Shown here: piece by piece, positions 30,849 through 41,214 of the stretch
Layout: the number at the start of each line of letters is the position of its first letter
Numbering within the stretch: position 1 is the stretch's first letter
Assembly: GCA_048885525.1 (NCBI GenBank)
Contig: JBHLLP010000007.1
Coordinates: 1-64,000, forward strand
Origin: Candidatus Hermodarchaeota archaeon
GTDB lineage: Archaea > Asgardarchaeota > Lokiarchaeia > Sigyniarchaeales > SOKP01
Length of the DNA: 64,000 nt
Reading direction: 5' to 3'
The notes under the pieces: model-generated
What the model was told of the DNA's origin: nothing
The model's database searches: none
What the model saw: only the letters and a program-made list of their open reading frames with translations
Program-made: the position numbers and the translations under genes

Positions 30849-31316
30849 TTGAAACCTTCTCTGAGGTAATTTGCTATTAAAGAGAAATTTATACCTGTTC
30901 AAATTGATCAAGAGCTATGTGTAAGATGTGAACGCTGCATGCGAGCATGTAAAGCTAAAGCTATTTATTTTGAGCATGGAATTAGAAAAGTAGATTACGT
31001 TGAATGTAAAGCTTGCCTAAATTGTGTTCAAGTTTGTCCTAGAAATGCGATAGAGGTAACTTCAATAACAAATCCAGATCAAATTGTAAGTATAAAGATC
31101 GACCATGAAAAATGTAATATGTGTGAATATTGCCTTGATGAGAATGGAAAATTTTGTCCTAAAAATCTTTTTTATAAAGATGTCGTGAAAAAAGTGGGAA
31201 AAGAAGAAGAAGGAATCAGGTATAAGTTCAAAGAAATTGGAAAATGTCAAGGTTGTCTGAAATGTGAATTATCTTGCCCAGAAGGAGCTATTAATCCAAT
31301 TAAATTTGAAATATAA
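30849..31316 (+). CDS. Polyferredoxin (4 x CxxCxxC); proposed join(30849..30852,30874..31316), 148 aa
   Basis: The first motif CVRCERC lies upstream of the called ATG (30939). The frame is open back to 30870 with no canonical start. An in-frame TTG at 30849 is separated from it by a 21-nt hairpin containing TAA. Confidence 0.8.
30853..30873 (+). other. Putative 21-nt BHB/BHL-type mRNA intron in the ferredoxin gene
   Basis: AAUU(30847-50)/AAUU(30868-71) 4-bp helix; GA^A bulge; ACCUU/GAGGU intron stem; UG^C 3' site; outer stem UAAUAG/CUAUUA. Splicing gives TTG ACT ATT AAA (MTIKEKF). Confidence 0.55.
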
Positions 31317-31331
31317 AACCATAATGGTTAT

Positions 31332-31910
31332 TTAGCTTTTTTCTTGAATTTTTTGAAGGATAAGAGGTTTAATCTCAAAAAAATCCGATAAAACAACAAT
31401 TCCTTCCATTTGTTTTAACTTCTTAATATTTTCGAGTTCAATGTCTCTTATCTTTAAAACTAAAGGGGAACCATCAGGTCGAGAAGTAACAATGGGTTCA
31501 GTATCTTGGTCCGAGGGAAAAATATAGACTTTCTGTCCACCTTTAATAGCTTGAGCTATACAATTTGTGATCAAAGTATCTGCGATACCATATACTATTT
31601 TAGCTACACTATTAGCAGAAACAGGACAGACTAAAAATAAATCATATTTTCCGAGTTGTAAGGGTCCAGCATAAAAAGGAATATTTGGCGTTTTTTCAAT
31701 TTTTACCGTTTTAGCAGCTTCGGTGAGAGCTAGCCATTTTTTATACCATTTAACAACAGCAGCTCCTTCTTTTGATAAAATAACAGTTAAATCTACATTG
31801 TATTCCTCCTGTAATTCTTTCATCAAATCAATAGATTCTTGAAGAACATAACCTGTTCCTGTCATACCCCACATAAGCTTCATAAACTTATAATCACCGT
31901 TCTTCTTCAT
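31332..31910 (-). CDS. Archaeal flavoprotein (HFCD/AfpA-like family)
   Basis: WGMTGTG, LVCPVSANSVAKIVYGIADTL, PSD; true start probably Met10. Confidence 0.85.
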   Translation of the reverse strand: MKKNGDYKFMKLMWGMTGTGYVLQESIDLMKELQEEYNVDLTVILSKEGAAVVKWYKKWLALTEAAKTVKIEKTPNIPFYAGPLQLGKYDLFLVCPVSANSVAKIVYGIADTLITNCIAQAIKGGQKVYIFPSDQDTEPIVTSRPDGSPLVLKIRDIELENIKKLKQMEGIVVLSDFFEIKPLILQKIQEKS

Positions 31911-32406
31911 ATAATTTTGGTAAAAATTCGCTAAAATGTCCTATTTCTTCAATATTATGTTTTCTTAAATGTTCAATGAATGATTTTGGGATTTGAGCAG
32001 GTAAACGAAACGTTGATTTTAAAAAACTTCCATTAGGGATTGATTTATATTCGTGTAATATCCAGCTCATAGGTTTATCTTTACTATTTAGAACACTTCC
32101 TGCATTTTTGTGGTTAAACTCAGCCTTTATAGGTATTGAATTAGGATCTTCCCATCGAATTCTTAACGTTGTTGGTCTTCCTTGGATTGTTTCAACCACG
32201 CGATGTATTGCGCCTACATGACCATTCACGTCCCTAGGAGCGATTTCCCATTCGAATGATTTGTGGTCCTTAGGATGCCATAATTTATAGCGTTCTGAAT
32301 TATCAATATGATCCCACCACCAATCAATCATCTCAGGTGAAACTTTATAGATTTCATGTTCTACGATTAAATAAATAGTTTCATTATTTAATTTTTTATA
32401 AATCAT
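31894..32406 (-). CDS. DAPG hydrolase PhlG-like (Bet v1/START-like) protein
   Basis: PEMIDWWW...RYKLWHPKDH, H..VE, HNIEE...FLPKLY. Confidence 0.8.
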   Translation of the reverse strand: MIYKKLNNETIYLIVEHEIYKVSPEMIDWWWDHIDNSERYKLWHPKDHKSFEWEIAPRDVNGHVGAIHRVVETIQGRPTTLRIRWEDPNSIPIKAEFNHKNAGSVLNSKDKPMSWILHEYKSIPNGSFLKSTFRLPAQIPKSFIEHLRKHNIEEIGHFSEFLPKLYEEER

Positions 32407-32557
32407 CTTTATGTTTCGATTAACGATTTTAGAAGTTGAAATAATTCTTAATTTATGAAAAATTAGCTTTATTTATAAAATCTAATGAAAAGAATTAATA
32501 TTTTAAGTATGATAAATATTTAATTAGAAAAATCTAAAATTTCTTAGATGATGAATT

Positions 32558-33790
32558 ATGAATGACTCAAAATACGTATATCTTGATAATGCCGCAACAA
32601 CACCAATGGATCCCCTTGTAATCGAGGAAGTTAATAAACAATTTAAAGAAAACTACGGAAATTCTATGAGTTTACATTCTATAGGACAAAAAGCAGCTCA
32701 AGTCTTAGTGAAATCACGTGAGATGATTGCATCTCTCATCAATGCTGAAAGAGATGAAATTTTTTTTACTTCTTCTGGAACTGAGGCTGATAATATTGCT
32801 ATATTTGGTGTTACTTCTAAAAATAAAAATCGAGGCAATCATATTATAATTTCTGCTATTGAACACCATGCTATAGGTCATCCAAGTGAACAAATGGAAA
32901 AAAGAGATTTTAAAATCACAGTTTTGCCTGTTGATAAATATGGTTTAATTAATATCAATGAGTTAGAAGAATCAATAACAAATAAAACAATTCTTATTAG
33001 CATCATGTTTGCTAATAATGAAATTGGAACAATACAACCAATCAAAGAGATCGGAGAAATTGCAAAAAAATATGACATTATATTTCATACAGACGCAGTA
33101 CAAGCTTTTGGAAAAATTCCGATAGATGTTAAAGAAATGAATATTGATCTTCTAACTGCCTCAGCACACAAATTATATGGACCAAAAGGAGTAGGAATGT
33201 TATATATAAGAAATAAAGGTGTGAAAGAAGGGTGGGGCAAATTTATTGAACCAATAATGTATGGTGGAGGTCATGAAAGAGATATGAGACCGAGTACAGT
33301 GAATGTTCCTGGCATTGCGGGATTTGCGAAAGCAGTTGAGATTGCAAAGAAAGAAATGCTAAAAGAGATAGAAAAACATACTGAATTACGTGATAAAATT
33401 ATAAGATGGGTTACAGAAAATATTGAAGATAGTTATTTGAATGGACATCCTACTCAAAGGCTTCCCAATAATGTCAATTTAGGATTTAGATATATAGAAG
33501 GAGAATCTATTGTATTAGATTTAGATATGGAAGGGATAGCAACATCAACCGGCTCCGCTTGTTCATCAAAATCACTAGAGCCCTCACATGTATTGCTAGC
33601 AATTGGATTAAAGCCAGAAGAAGCTCATGGTTCTTTAAGAGTTTCTTTGGGTCGATTCACAACAGAAGAAGATATAGATTATTTCTTACAAAAATTACCA
33701 ATTGTGATTGAAAGGTTGAGAAAAATGTCTCCACTCAAAAAGGGCGTAAAATATATGTTTGATGAAAGTGCTACTAATCATCACCATTAA
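32558..33790 (+). CDS. iscS: Cysteine desulfurase
   Basis: YLDNAATT, FTSSGTEADN, HTDAVQ, SAHKLYGPKG, STGSACSS. Confidence 0.96.
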   Translation: MNDSKYVYLDNAATTPMDPLVIEEVNKQFKENYGNSMSLHSIGQKAAQVLVKSREMIASLINAERDEIFFTSSGTEADNIAIFGVTSKNKNRGNHIIISAIEHHAIGHPSEQMEKRDFKITVLPVDKYGLININELEESITNKTILISIMFANNEIGTIQPIKEIGEIAKKYDIIFHTDAVQAFGKIPIDVKEMNIDLLTASAHKLYGPKGVGMLYIRNKGVKEGWGKFIEPIMYGGGHERDMRPSTVNVPGIAGFAKAVEIAKKEMLKEIEKHTELRDKIIRWVTENIEDSYLNGHPTQRLPNNVNLGFRYIEGESIVLDLDMEGIATSTGSACSSKSLEPSHVLLAIGLKPEEAHGSLRVSLGRFTTEEDIDYFLQKLPIVIERLRKMSPLKKGVKYMFDESATNHHH

Positions 33791-33825
33791 CAAAAATATT
33801 AAGAAAGACTTTAAAGATTAATCTT

Positions 33826-34572
33826 TTAGCGAAATATTTTATCTGGAGGTTCAATTTCTATTATTATGTGGTTTCCACTACTCCAGGAATTTATGGTCCC
33901 AGACCAATTTGGAAATAAACTAAATCTTGGTCTTAAGCAGATCGTAACCCCGTCATATGGAGCAATCATGACATGTCTCGCTAACTCCATCTCCCAAAAT
34001 GCTGATTTGAATAGAAAATGTTCAACAATTAAGATTTGAGGTGAATTTCCAAATCCATCCCAACTTGTATTTTCATTTATTTCAAAATGTGGATGATTGA
34101 TAGATAAATAACTAACAAAAGCATCTCTCATAGACTCGATTAAAGGTGAAATAGTAGATGTCCAATTTATTACTTGTACTATTGCATAATCTTTCTGGGC
34201 TATATTTTTACTTGAAGCAATTGCTTCAACGTGAATTAAGTTATCAAGATGCGAAACATTTGGATATAAAAAAACCTCAGCAATTTTTCTTAAGGGTTTG
34301 TTATTCCATATTTTATATTCTAAATTTATTGTAATATTCGTTTTAATCGATAAAGATAGATTACTTATTATATCCTTCTTATTAGTATTTATATCTATAA
34401 GAAGTCAACCAGTATGATTTGGATAAGATTTCATTTGACTTGGAATAAATTCAACATTAATAATTGCTTGTTCTTGATTAAAGGAAATTATAATATACAT
34501 AATTGGAATTGAAGCTAAAATTATACCAAATCCTAATATAATTACAATAAGAAATTTTTTATTAAAATACAT
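33826..34572 (-). pseudogene. 248-codon gene for a secreted or N-anchored protein, interrupted by one in-frame TGA at codon 56
   Basis: ATG at 34572 (MYFNKKFLIVIILGFGIILASIP...); only internal stop is TGA at 34405-34407 (PNHTG*LLID); continues in frame into the 33826..34131 ORF. Confidence 0.75.
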
Positions 34573-34578
34573 ATGAGT

Positions 34579-35892
34579 TTAACCATAAAATAACGTTAAT
34601 AAAGATAAATAACCAATCGACAAAATTATATGTATTATGGCGAAAGTTGCACCAACTCTTAATAATCTCTTAAAACTAAAATTTTCCACGTCGTTATTTT
34701 GAGCAATTTTTAAAGTCATTACGTCACATGCTGCACCCTGAGGTATTAAATTTCCTCCAATATTTACTGCTATAATTAATGAATAATATAATGGGATTGA
34801 AGGGAATCCAAACCCAAAAGGTTCTGGTGCTACCAACAGATTTACAATAGGAATAAAAACTAAAGCTGTAGGTGTATTAGCTACGAAACCAGACACAAAA
34901 CTAACTAATATCAAGATAAAAAAACTTACTACAAACGGATTTAAAGTTTCAAAAGGAATGCCTCTAAAAAGGTTTTCAAATCCAGCAACTCCCAAACAAC
35001 CAACAACAACATATAATGAAATGAAGAAAAATATGATTTCCCACTCAACATCTTTTAAAAATTCACCCATTTTTTTATTAGTAAATTTTTTATTAATTAA
35101 TACCAATAAAAATGCAGAAAATGCTGCTGTCAAATAAAGAAATGGTAAAATAGCAAAAAGAGCGATGGTAATAACAATTGCTATACTATTAAAATAAAAC
35201 ATTCTTTTGTCTGATATCATTACTTTAGCATCTACTAGGTCCAAAACATATTTTTTTTGAAGATCTTCTATTTGTGGTTCCTTACTCAATTGAAACTTAT
35301 CTATTAAAAAAGCTGTTATGAATAAAAGGAAGAAGGAAAAAACCCAATAATAGGTTATGAAATAAACAGTATCTAGGTTAAAAGCTGCGGAGATAATAAT
35401 ATTTTCTCCACTAGAAAATGGAGTAATGATTGACCCAATATTTATACAAATTGTCATTCCTAATAAATAAGTTCCTGCTCTTATTCTTAAAAAACGACAT
35501 AAACGTATCACAACTGGGGCTAATATCAATACAACAACTACATCACTAATAATTGCTGCTAAAATTGTAGTTATAAAGCATAATAAATAAAAAAATATTT
35601 TCCTGTTTCCTTTTGAAACTTTAAAAAGTTTTACAGCCAAAAATTCTAAAATATTCGAATCTTGTGCGATTTTAGTAATAATACTCATACATAAAATAAC
35701 AATAATGGCTTCAAATTCAATAAATGATATAAAAGTAGATATAGTTAGACCTTTCGTTATACCAGTAATAGTACCAGCTGTAAAACAACACAATAAAGAA
35801 ATAGACACAAAATCTAATTTCTTTGATGAATAACTAATTAATATAATTATAAAAATAACAAAAATTACTATTAGAAGCCAAAGATCCTCCAA
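34579..35892 (-). CDS. ArsB/NhaD/CitMHS (ion transporter superfamily) permease
   Basis: About 12 TM; NIGSIITPFSSGENII, VEWEIIFFF, SGFVANTP, NIGGNLIPQGA. Confidence 0.88.
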   Translation of the reverse strand: MEDLWLLIVIFVIFIIILISYSSKKLDFVSISLLCCFTAGTITGITKGLTISTFISFIEFEAIIVILCMSIITKIAQDSNILEFLAVKLFKVSKGNRKIFFYLLCFITTILAAIISDVVVVLILAPVVIRLCRFLRIRAGTYLLGMTICINIGSIITPFSSGENIIISAAFNLDTVYFITYYWVFSFFLLFITAFLIDKFQLSKEPQIEDLQKKYVLDLVDAKVMISDKRMFYFNSIAIVITIALFAILPFLYLTAAFSAFLLVLINKKFTNKKMGEFLKDVEWEIIFFFISLYVVVGCLGVAGFENLFRGIPFETLNPFVVSFFILILVSFVSGFVANTPTALVFIPIVNLLVAPEPFGFGFPSIPLYYSLIIAVNIGGNLIPQGAACDVMTLKIAQNNDVENFSFKRLLRVGATFAIIHIILSIGYLSLLTLFYG

Positions 35893-36064
35893 TAAAATAA
35901 TCCTCGAATAAAATAATTTTAATTAAAGCTAATTAATAATTTAAATTTGACCAAATGTATATTGTTTATTTTTAACTGCAAATTGTAAAATAAAAATTAT
36001 TTAAATTAAATGAATTGCATATGATAGATTAATCTCGAATTTTATTATAGAGTTAATATCTATC

Positions 36065-37174
36065 ATGAATGGTGAAGTGATTTTTTTACGTTTAACAGAT
36101 GTAGGGCGTAGCATTGATTTGAAAAAAGCAACTACTATGATTCCTGCTATCCAAGATAAAAAAATTATAAAGACAAAAGATACTCCCTCGTACGTTGATT
36201 TTCCTGAACCTTTAAATTTGGAGGTTACTCAGAACATAACCTCTGAATTAAAAAACATTCTAAGTATAACTTTACAAGTGAAGCTATATGCTGAAGGCGT
36301 AATTTCTTTAATCTCTAGACTTGTTTTTCGTGATTTACCTTTAAATGAATTACACAAATTGAAAAAAATTACATTTAGGACTTCTGATGGTGAATTTCAA
36401 ATAAATCATTTTCTAAAACATCATCATAATAAAATTTTTAAACAAATAAGAAATTGTATCAGTGAAGAGAGCTTTTTATTTGGTAAATCTAGTCATGAAA
36501 AATATACATTATATTGCTTAATTGATAATTTAGAAAACCCCAAAGAATTTATTGAGAAAGAAAAAGATTATATTTCTGCTTTACTTATTGGAGAGAATCC
36601 TGAACTAAATCTTAGTAAAAAAAGAATTAATAAAATTATTGAAAAGACATTTTCATATTTAAATAATGATTTAATAATATTTGATTTTGATAGTTGTTTA
36701 ATTATTGATCCAAATTTAGATTATGAGGATGTATTACTTGTTGTTGAAATTGCAAACTATCAATTACTTGAATTACGTATATTAGATAAACTTTTAGATA
36801 AAAGATTGGCAATAGCAGAAGAAGACATTCGTAAAATTTATTTTAAGAGTCGAAGTTTATTCAGAAGATTAAAAAAGAAAGTTGGACGTTTGATTCGATT
36901 AAGATATGATTTATTGTTTTTGTTAGAAAATATTGAAAATGTGTCAAAATTAATTGGAGATTATTATTTAGCTGAAATTTATACATATCTATCTAACATA
37001 TTTCAATTAGAACAATGGAGTAGGAGCATACGAGTCCGTGTAGAATCTCTAGAAAATATTTATAATGTATCACAAACCAGTATTAATGAAAAATTCTTAG
37101 TTATTGTTGAAATTTTACTTTCCTTTATTTTTACAATGGAATTTGTACTCCTTCTATTTGATTTCTTTTTGTGA
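36065..37174 (+). CDS. RMD1/DUF155-like protein with C-terminal TM
   Basis: DVGRSIDL N-terminus, helical C-half with GDYYLAEIY...W, terminal VEILLSFIFTMEF hydrophobic segment. Confidence 0.6.
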   Translation: MNGEVIFLRLTDVGRSIDLKKATTMIPAIQDKKIIKTKDTPSYVDFPEPLNLEVTQNITSELKNILSITLQVKLYAEGVISLISRLVFRDLPLNELHKLKKITFRTSDGEFQINHFLKHHHNKIFKQIRNCISEESFLFGKSSHEKYTLYCLIDNLENPKEFIEKEKDYISALLIGENPELNLSKKRINKIIEKTFSYLNNDLIIFDFDSCLIIDPNLDYEDVLLVVEIANYQLLELRILDKLLDKRLAIAEEDIRKIYFKSRSLFRRLKKKVGRLIRLRYDLLFLLENIENVSKLIGDYYLAEIYTYLSNIFQLEQWSRSIRVRVESLENIYNVSQTSINEKFLVIVEILLSFIFTMEFVLLLFDFFL

Positions 37175-37204
37175 AACCAAAATATCATTTATTTAACACT
37201 CATA

Positions 37205-38416
37205 TTAAATGAAAAGATCGGATATTTGAATATCCTCTTCTTTTTTTGACAAAACTTTATCTATAGCTATAATAAAATCTTCATTCGAAATAATTTCAGA
37301 ATTTCTTCTAATAGCATACATTCCAGCTTCAGTACAAATACCTTTTATATCAGAACCTGTTGCACCCTGAGTAAGATTACTTAACTCTTTTATCTCAATG
37401 TTCTCTTCAAAATGTAAATTTCTCATATGAACTCTAAAGATTGCTTCTCTTGCTTTTTCATTGGGAACTGGGAATTCCACTAAGCGATCAAATCGACCTG
37501 GTCTTAATAAAGCAGGATCCAATATATCAGATCGATTTGTTGCTCCAATAAATTTTATATCACCTCTTTGATCAAATCCGTCTAATTCGCTTAATAATTG
37601 CATTAATGTTCTATTTACTTCTCTATCACCTGAAGTATCATCTTGCATTCTAATAGCTCCAATTGCATCTAATTCATCTATAAACAAAATAGTTGGCGCT
37701 TTTTGTCTTGCTAAACTAAAAATTTCTCTTACGTATTGAGAACCTTCACCAATGAATTTCTGAACCAATTCTGTAGCAACTACTTTAATAAATGTTGCAT
37801 TTGATTCATGAGCAACAGCTTTAGCTAATAGAGTTTTTCCTGTTCCTGGTAAACCATAAAAAAGAACACCTTTCGGGGGTTCTATCCCAATCCTATCGAA
37901 TAGATCTGGTCTTTTTAATGGTAATTCTATTATCTCTTTAACTTCTTGAATTTGATTTTCTAAACCTCCTACATCCTCATATGAAACATCAATAGGGCTA
38001 TCTATTATTTCCATACCTCTCACAAATGGGCTAAAATTGGAAGGTAATATCTCCATTACAGCATAATTTCTTTGATTTAATCCTACATGTAGTCCTGTTA
38101 CAATCTTCTCATTTTGCAATCTATTACTAATTCTAACAATAAAGCTAGAGCTCGGTGGACTATCAACAATAGCACGGTCATTATTATCATCTAAAATATC
38201 AGTTATATATCCTGATAATAACGGAAGTTCACTTAATCGATCAATTTCTCCTCGCAAACTTTTTATTTCAAATTCCTCTTTTGTAATACTATTTCTTAAT
38301 AAGTTTACTTCCATTTCATAATTCTTTATTTTTTTCTCAAGATGTCGTATATATGAAACTATTTTCTCAACGTTCTCTGGATCTTTTTTACCATTTTCGA
38401 AATCTATCGCACTCAT
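37205..38416 (-). CDS. pan: Proteasome-activating nucleotidase (PAN-like AAA ATPase)
   Basis: N-terminal coiled coil plus OB domain, YEDVGGL, GLPGTGKT, KFIGEG pore loop, FIDELD, DPALLRPGRFDR. Confidence 0.9.
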   Translation of the reverse strand: MSAIDFENGKKDPENVEKIVSYIRHLEKKIKNYEMEVNLLRNSITKEEFEIKSLRGEIDRLSELPLLSGYITDILDDNNDRAIVDSPPSSSFIVRISNRLQNEKIVTGLHVGLNQRNYAVMEILPSNFSPFVRGMEIIDSPIDVSYEDVGGLENQIQEVKEIIELPLKRPDLFDRIGIEPPKGVLFYGLPGTGKTLLAKAVAHESNATFIKVVATELVQKFIGEGSQYVREIFSLARQKAPTILFIDELDAIGAIRMQDDTSGDREVNRTLMQLLSELDGFDQRGDIKFIGATNRSDILDPALLRPGRFDRLVEFPVPNEKAREAIFRVHMRNLHFEENIEIKELSNLTQGATGSDIKGICTEAGMYAIRRNSEIISNEDFIIAIDKVLSKKEEDIQISDLFI

Positions 38417-38448
38417 TTTTTTGGCGGAATTTATTATTAGAATTATAT

Positions 38449-40383
38449 TTAAATTAATCCGATTCTTTTCATAACAACTTCTAAAATTTTGTCTAACATG
38501 TCTTTATAAGATATATTGGCAAAATTACACATTTTTGCTAGATGACCATCCCAACACCAACCAGGATTAGGATTTACTTCTAAAAGCTTAGGATTTCCTT
38601 GGGCATCTAAACGCCAATCAAATCTTGCATAATCTTGACATTCTAAACGTTCAAATAATTTAACAGAACAATGTTCAATGATTTCACTGGTTTCTTGTGG
38701 AAGATCTGCTGGAATTGATTTTAAATTCCAATAAGGAGACTCGGGTAGCCATTTTGCCTCATACCCACAGATTTTTGGTAATTCTGGAGGTAAATTTGAA
38801 TAATCTTCTTCAATTATTGGAAGTATTATAAAATCATTTGGTGGATTTCCAATAATACCGACTGTGAGATCTTTACCAGTTAGAAATTGTTCAACTAATA
38901 CTGGTTTATCATAACCAAATCTTTCGCGAATCTCAGAAATTGCATTCAATAATTCTTCTCCATTTTTAACTACACTTCTCTGAGTAATTCCAAAACTAGA
39001 GTCTCCAAAATTTGGTTTTACAATTGCAGGAAAATATAAAGGTAAATCTATTATTTTTTCTCCAGGTTTAATCAGAATAGCTTCGGGAACGGGAATTTCT
39101 AATTCTTTTGCGATACCTCTCACTAAAGACTTATCATAACAAAAAGCCAAACATTGAGGTCCAGATCCTGAATATGGAATTTTTAAGATATCTAGTAAAG
39201 CGGGAATATGTAATTCCTTTCTAGCGTCGTTGTAATAACCCTCATCACACAAATTAAAAACAAAATCAATCTTTCCTCTTAAATCTTCTAAATCTTTAAG
39301 AAGAGTATTGTGATTATCTAAATACGAGAAGCTATATTCATTAAGCTCGTTTAGTGTTGCCTTTAATTGATTTATAGTAAAGAAATCATCATCATCAAAT
39401 TTATTTAATGGTTTGAGCACATCGGGTTTATTAGGGTCTCCAAAAATAACAACACTATTTCTTCTAGTTATTTTTTCTTTCTTTTTAATTACGGTCCATT
39501 CTTTTTTAACTCGAGCACTAACAATAATCCTTTTTTCCATCATACCTAAATCTTGGTCCCTTTCAGACTCAGTTGTGATTGAGCCATGGAAAATTATATC
39601 ACTAAATCCTATCTTTTTTAATAAGTCTGAAATACTGGTTTTGGAGTATAATCTTTCTGAATAAAACTGATCAACTAAAACACCTTTATTCACATGATTT
39701 ATTACTTCACGTGAAATCAATTTTTGTTTATCAAAGGATAAGGATCTTTCTCGACATACAAAAAAATTCTTATCAATCCATTCCCACGAACGTGGTTGAA
39801 AATTATCTTTAATATACTCTCCATCAGTAATGTCTATTAGTATTTTCCCCCAAGGCTTTAAAACACGTAGAGTTTCTTTTAATACAAGAAGATCATCATT
39901 TATTGATTCAAAATATCCAAAACTATTTCCTAAAATCAAGACAAAATCAAACGTATCTGGATTATATGGTAATTTTCTCGCATCACCTTCTCGAAATTTA
40001 CATATAAAACCAAATTTTTTTGCGTTGCTTTTGGCTTTTTGAATCAAAAATCTAGAACGATCTAATCCATGTACATTATTAAAGCCTCTATTGGCTAATT
40101 CAATAGAATGTCTTCCTTGACCACAACAAAGATCAAGAATATGATGATCGGGATGAAATTGCATAACTTTTGAAAAAAAATCTATTTCAAAGTTGGTTAT
40201 TTTTTGATCTTCTACCACATCACCATCTGTCTTTAAATAATAAGCATTAAATATCTTTTTCCACCAGTCTTTTTTGACATATTCCTCTAAGTCCATAACA
40301 GGACCTAAGCATACGGTTGGACTTTTTTCTTTATTATCAGAAATTCTTTTTTTATTAATTATACTTTCAGTTTGGCTTGTCAT
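38449..40383 (-). CDS. Class I SAM methyltransferase fused to a D-Ala-D-Ala-ligase-like ATP-grasp domain
   Basis: ILDLCCGQGRH, GDARKLP, GNSFGYF; C-half PYSGS, IVKPNFGDSSFGI, ARFDWR, LEVNPNPG. Confidence 0.9.
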   Translation of the reverse strand: MTSQTESIINKKRISDNKEKSPTVCLGPVMDLEEYVKKDWWKKIFNAYYLKTDGDVVEDQKITNFEIDFFSKVMQFHPDHHILDLCCGQGRHSIELANRGFNNVHGLDRSRFLIQKAKSNAKKFGFICKFREGDARKLPYNPDTFDFVLILGNSFGYFESINDDLLVLKETLRVLKPWGKILIDITDGEYIKDNFQPRSWEWIDKNFFVCRERSLSFDKQKLISREVINHVNKGVLVDQFYSERLYSKTSISDLLKKIGFSDIIFHGSITTESERDQDLGMMEKRIIVSARVKKEWTVIKKKEKITRRNSVVIFGDPNKPDVLKPLNKFDDDDFFTINQLKATLNELNEYSFSYLDNHNTLLKDLEDLRGKIDFVFNLCDEGYYNDARKELHIPALLDILKIPYSGSGPQCLAFCYDKSLVRGIAKELEIPVPEAILIKPGEKIIDLPLYFPAIVKPNFGDSSFGITQRSVVKNGEELLNAISEIRERFGYDKPVLVEQFLTGKDLTVGIIGNPPNDFIILPIIEEDYSNLPPELPKICGYEAKWLPESPYWNLKSIPADLPQETSEIIEHCSVKLFERLECQDYARFDWRLDAQGNPKLLEVNPNPGWCWDGHLAKMCNFANISYKDMLDKILEVVMKRIGLI

Positions 40384-41214
40384 TTTAATTTTATATTAAT
40401 AATTTTAATTTTGATAAATTCTCAAGAAAATTAAGGATTTTTAACTTGAATGAAGTATTTAAGAATTTTACTATATCACTAAAAATTTTTACATATAGTT
40501 TAATCCCTCTTAACTTTTCAAATATAATATTATATTTCATCTATTTCCTAATCGGATACCCTTAATATGTTGTTAAGATTTAATTTTACTTCATTCTATT
40601 AAAAATTTATATTTGAAATTATATATAAATAAACTAATTAAAAAACTTTTCTTTTATATTTTTACCCTCTATAATGAATTTTAATAAGATTAAATATCTT
40701 GGAATAAGTCATATAATTCTTCAATCTTAGTAATAGAATATAAACTTATCCTAATGAAATAAATGAGGGCTTAATTTAATATTCTCTCCTCTTTTTATAG
40801 GCATTTTAGAATATTGGGTGATTTCTAATCATACTTTCATATTTGTTTACTAAATTGATTTTTCTGTACAAGAGATCCTATTAAATTATGGATTTATATA
40901 ATGAAACGATAAAATACTCAATTTTATTATAGATTCTAAAAAAATACTAAATTTTTAGAACTTAATCAAATATAAAACTAACTTCTTAATTAAAGTAAAA
41001 AGCATTAATTAACGTATGATCAAGGTTAACTCTTCTAATTTATAAAAGTACCCATAATGTTCTTTCACTCTTAAATAATTTTAATTAATTTTATTTATTA
41101 GAAGTGTTATTATTAAAATGGGAAACATTTAAATATTATATAAGTCTTTTATCATAATTGAAAATATTTCATAATTCTAATCTATTATAAATAACAAAAA
41201 AAGAGGTCAAAAAT

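Noticed and set aside
34401-34441. Hairpin around the in-frame TGA treated as a third BHB intron
   Set aside because: Cutting at the BHB-predicted positions shifts into a frame that stops within about 10 codons and does not remove the TGA from the main frame; the 3' bulge is 5 nt.
40384-41200. About 800-nt AT-rich gap as an ncRNA, origin or CRISPR locus
   Set aside because: I saw no repeats, GC-rich stems or ORB-like boxes, only possible traces of a decayed minus-strand ORF (about 40690-40880) too weak to call.
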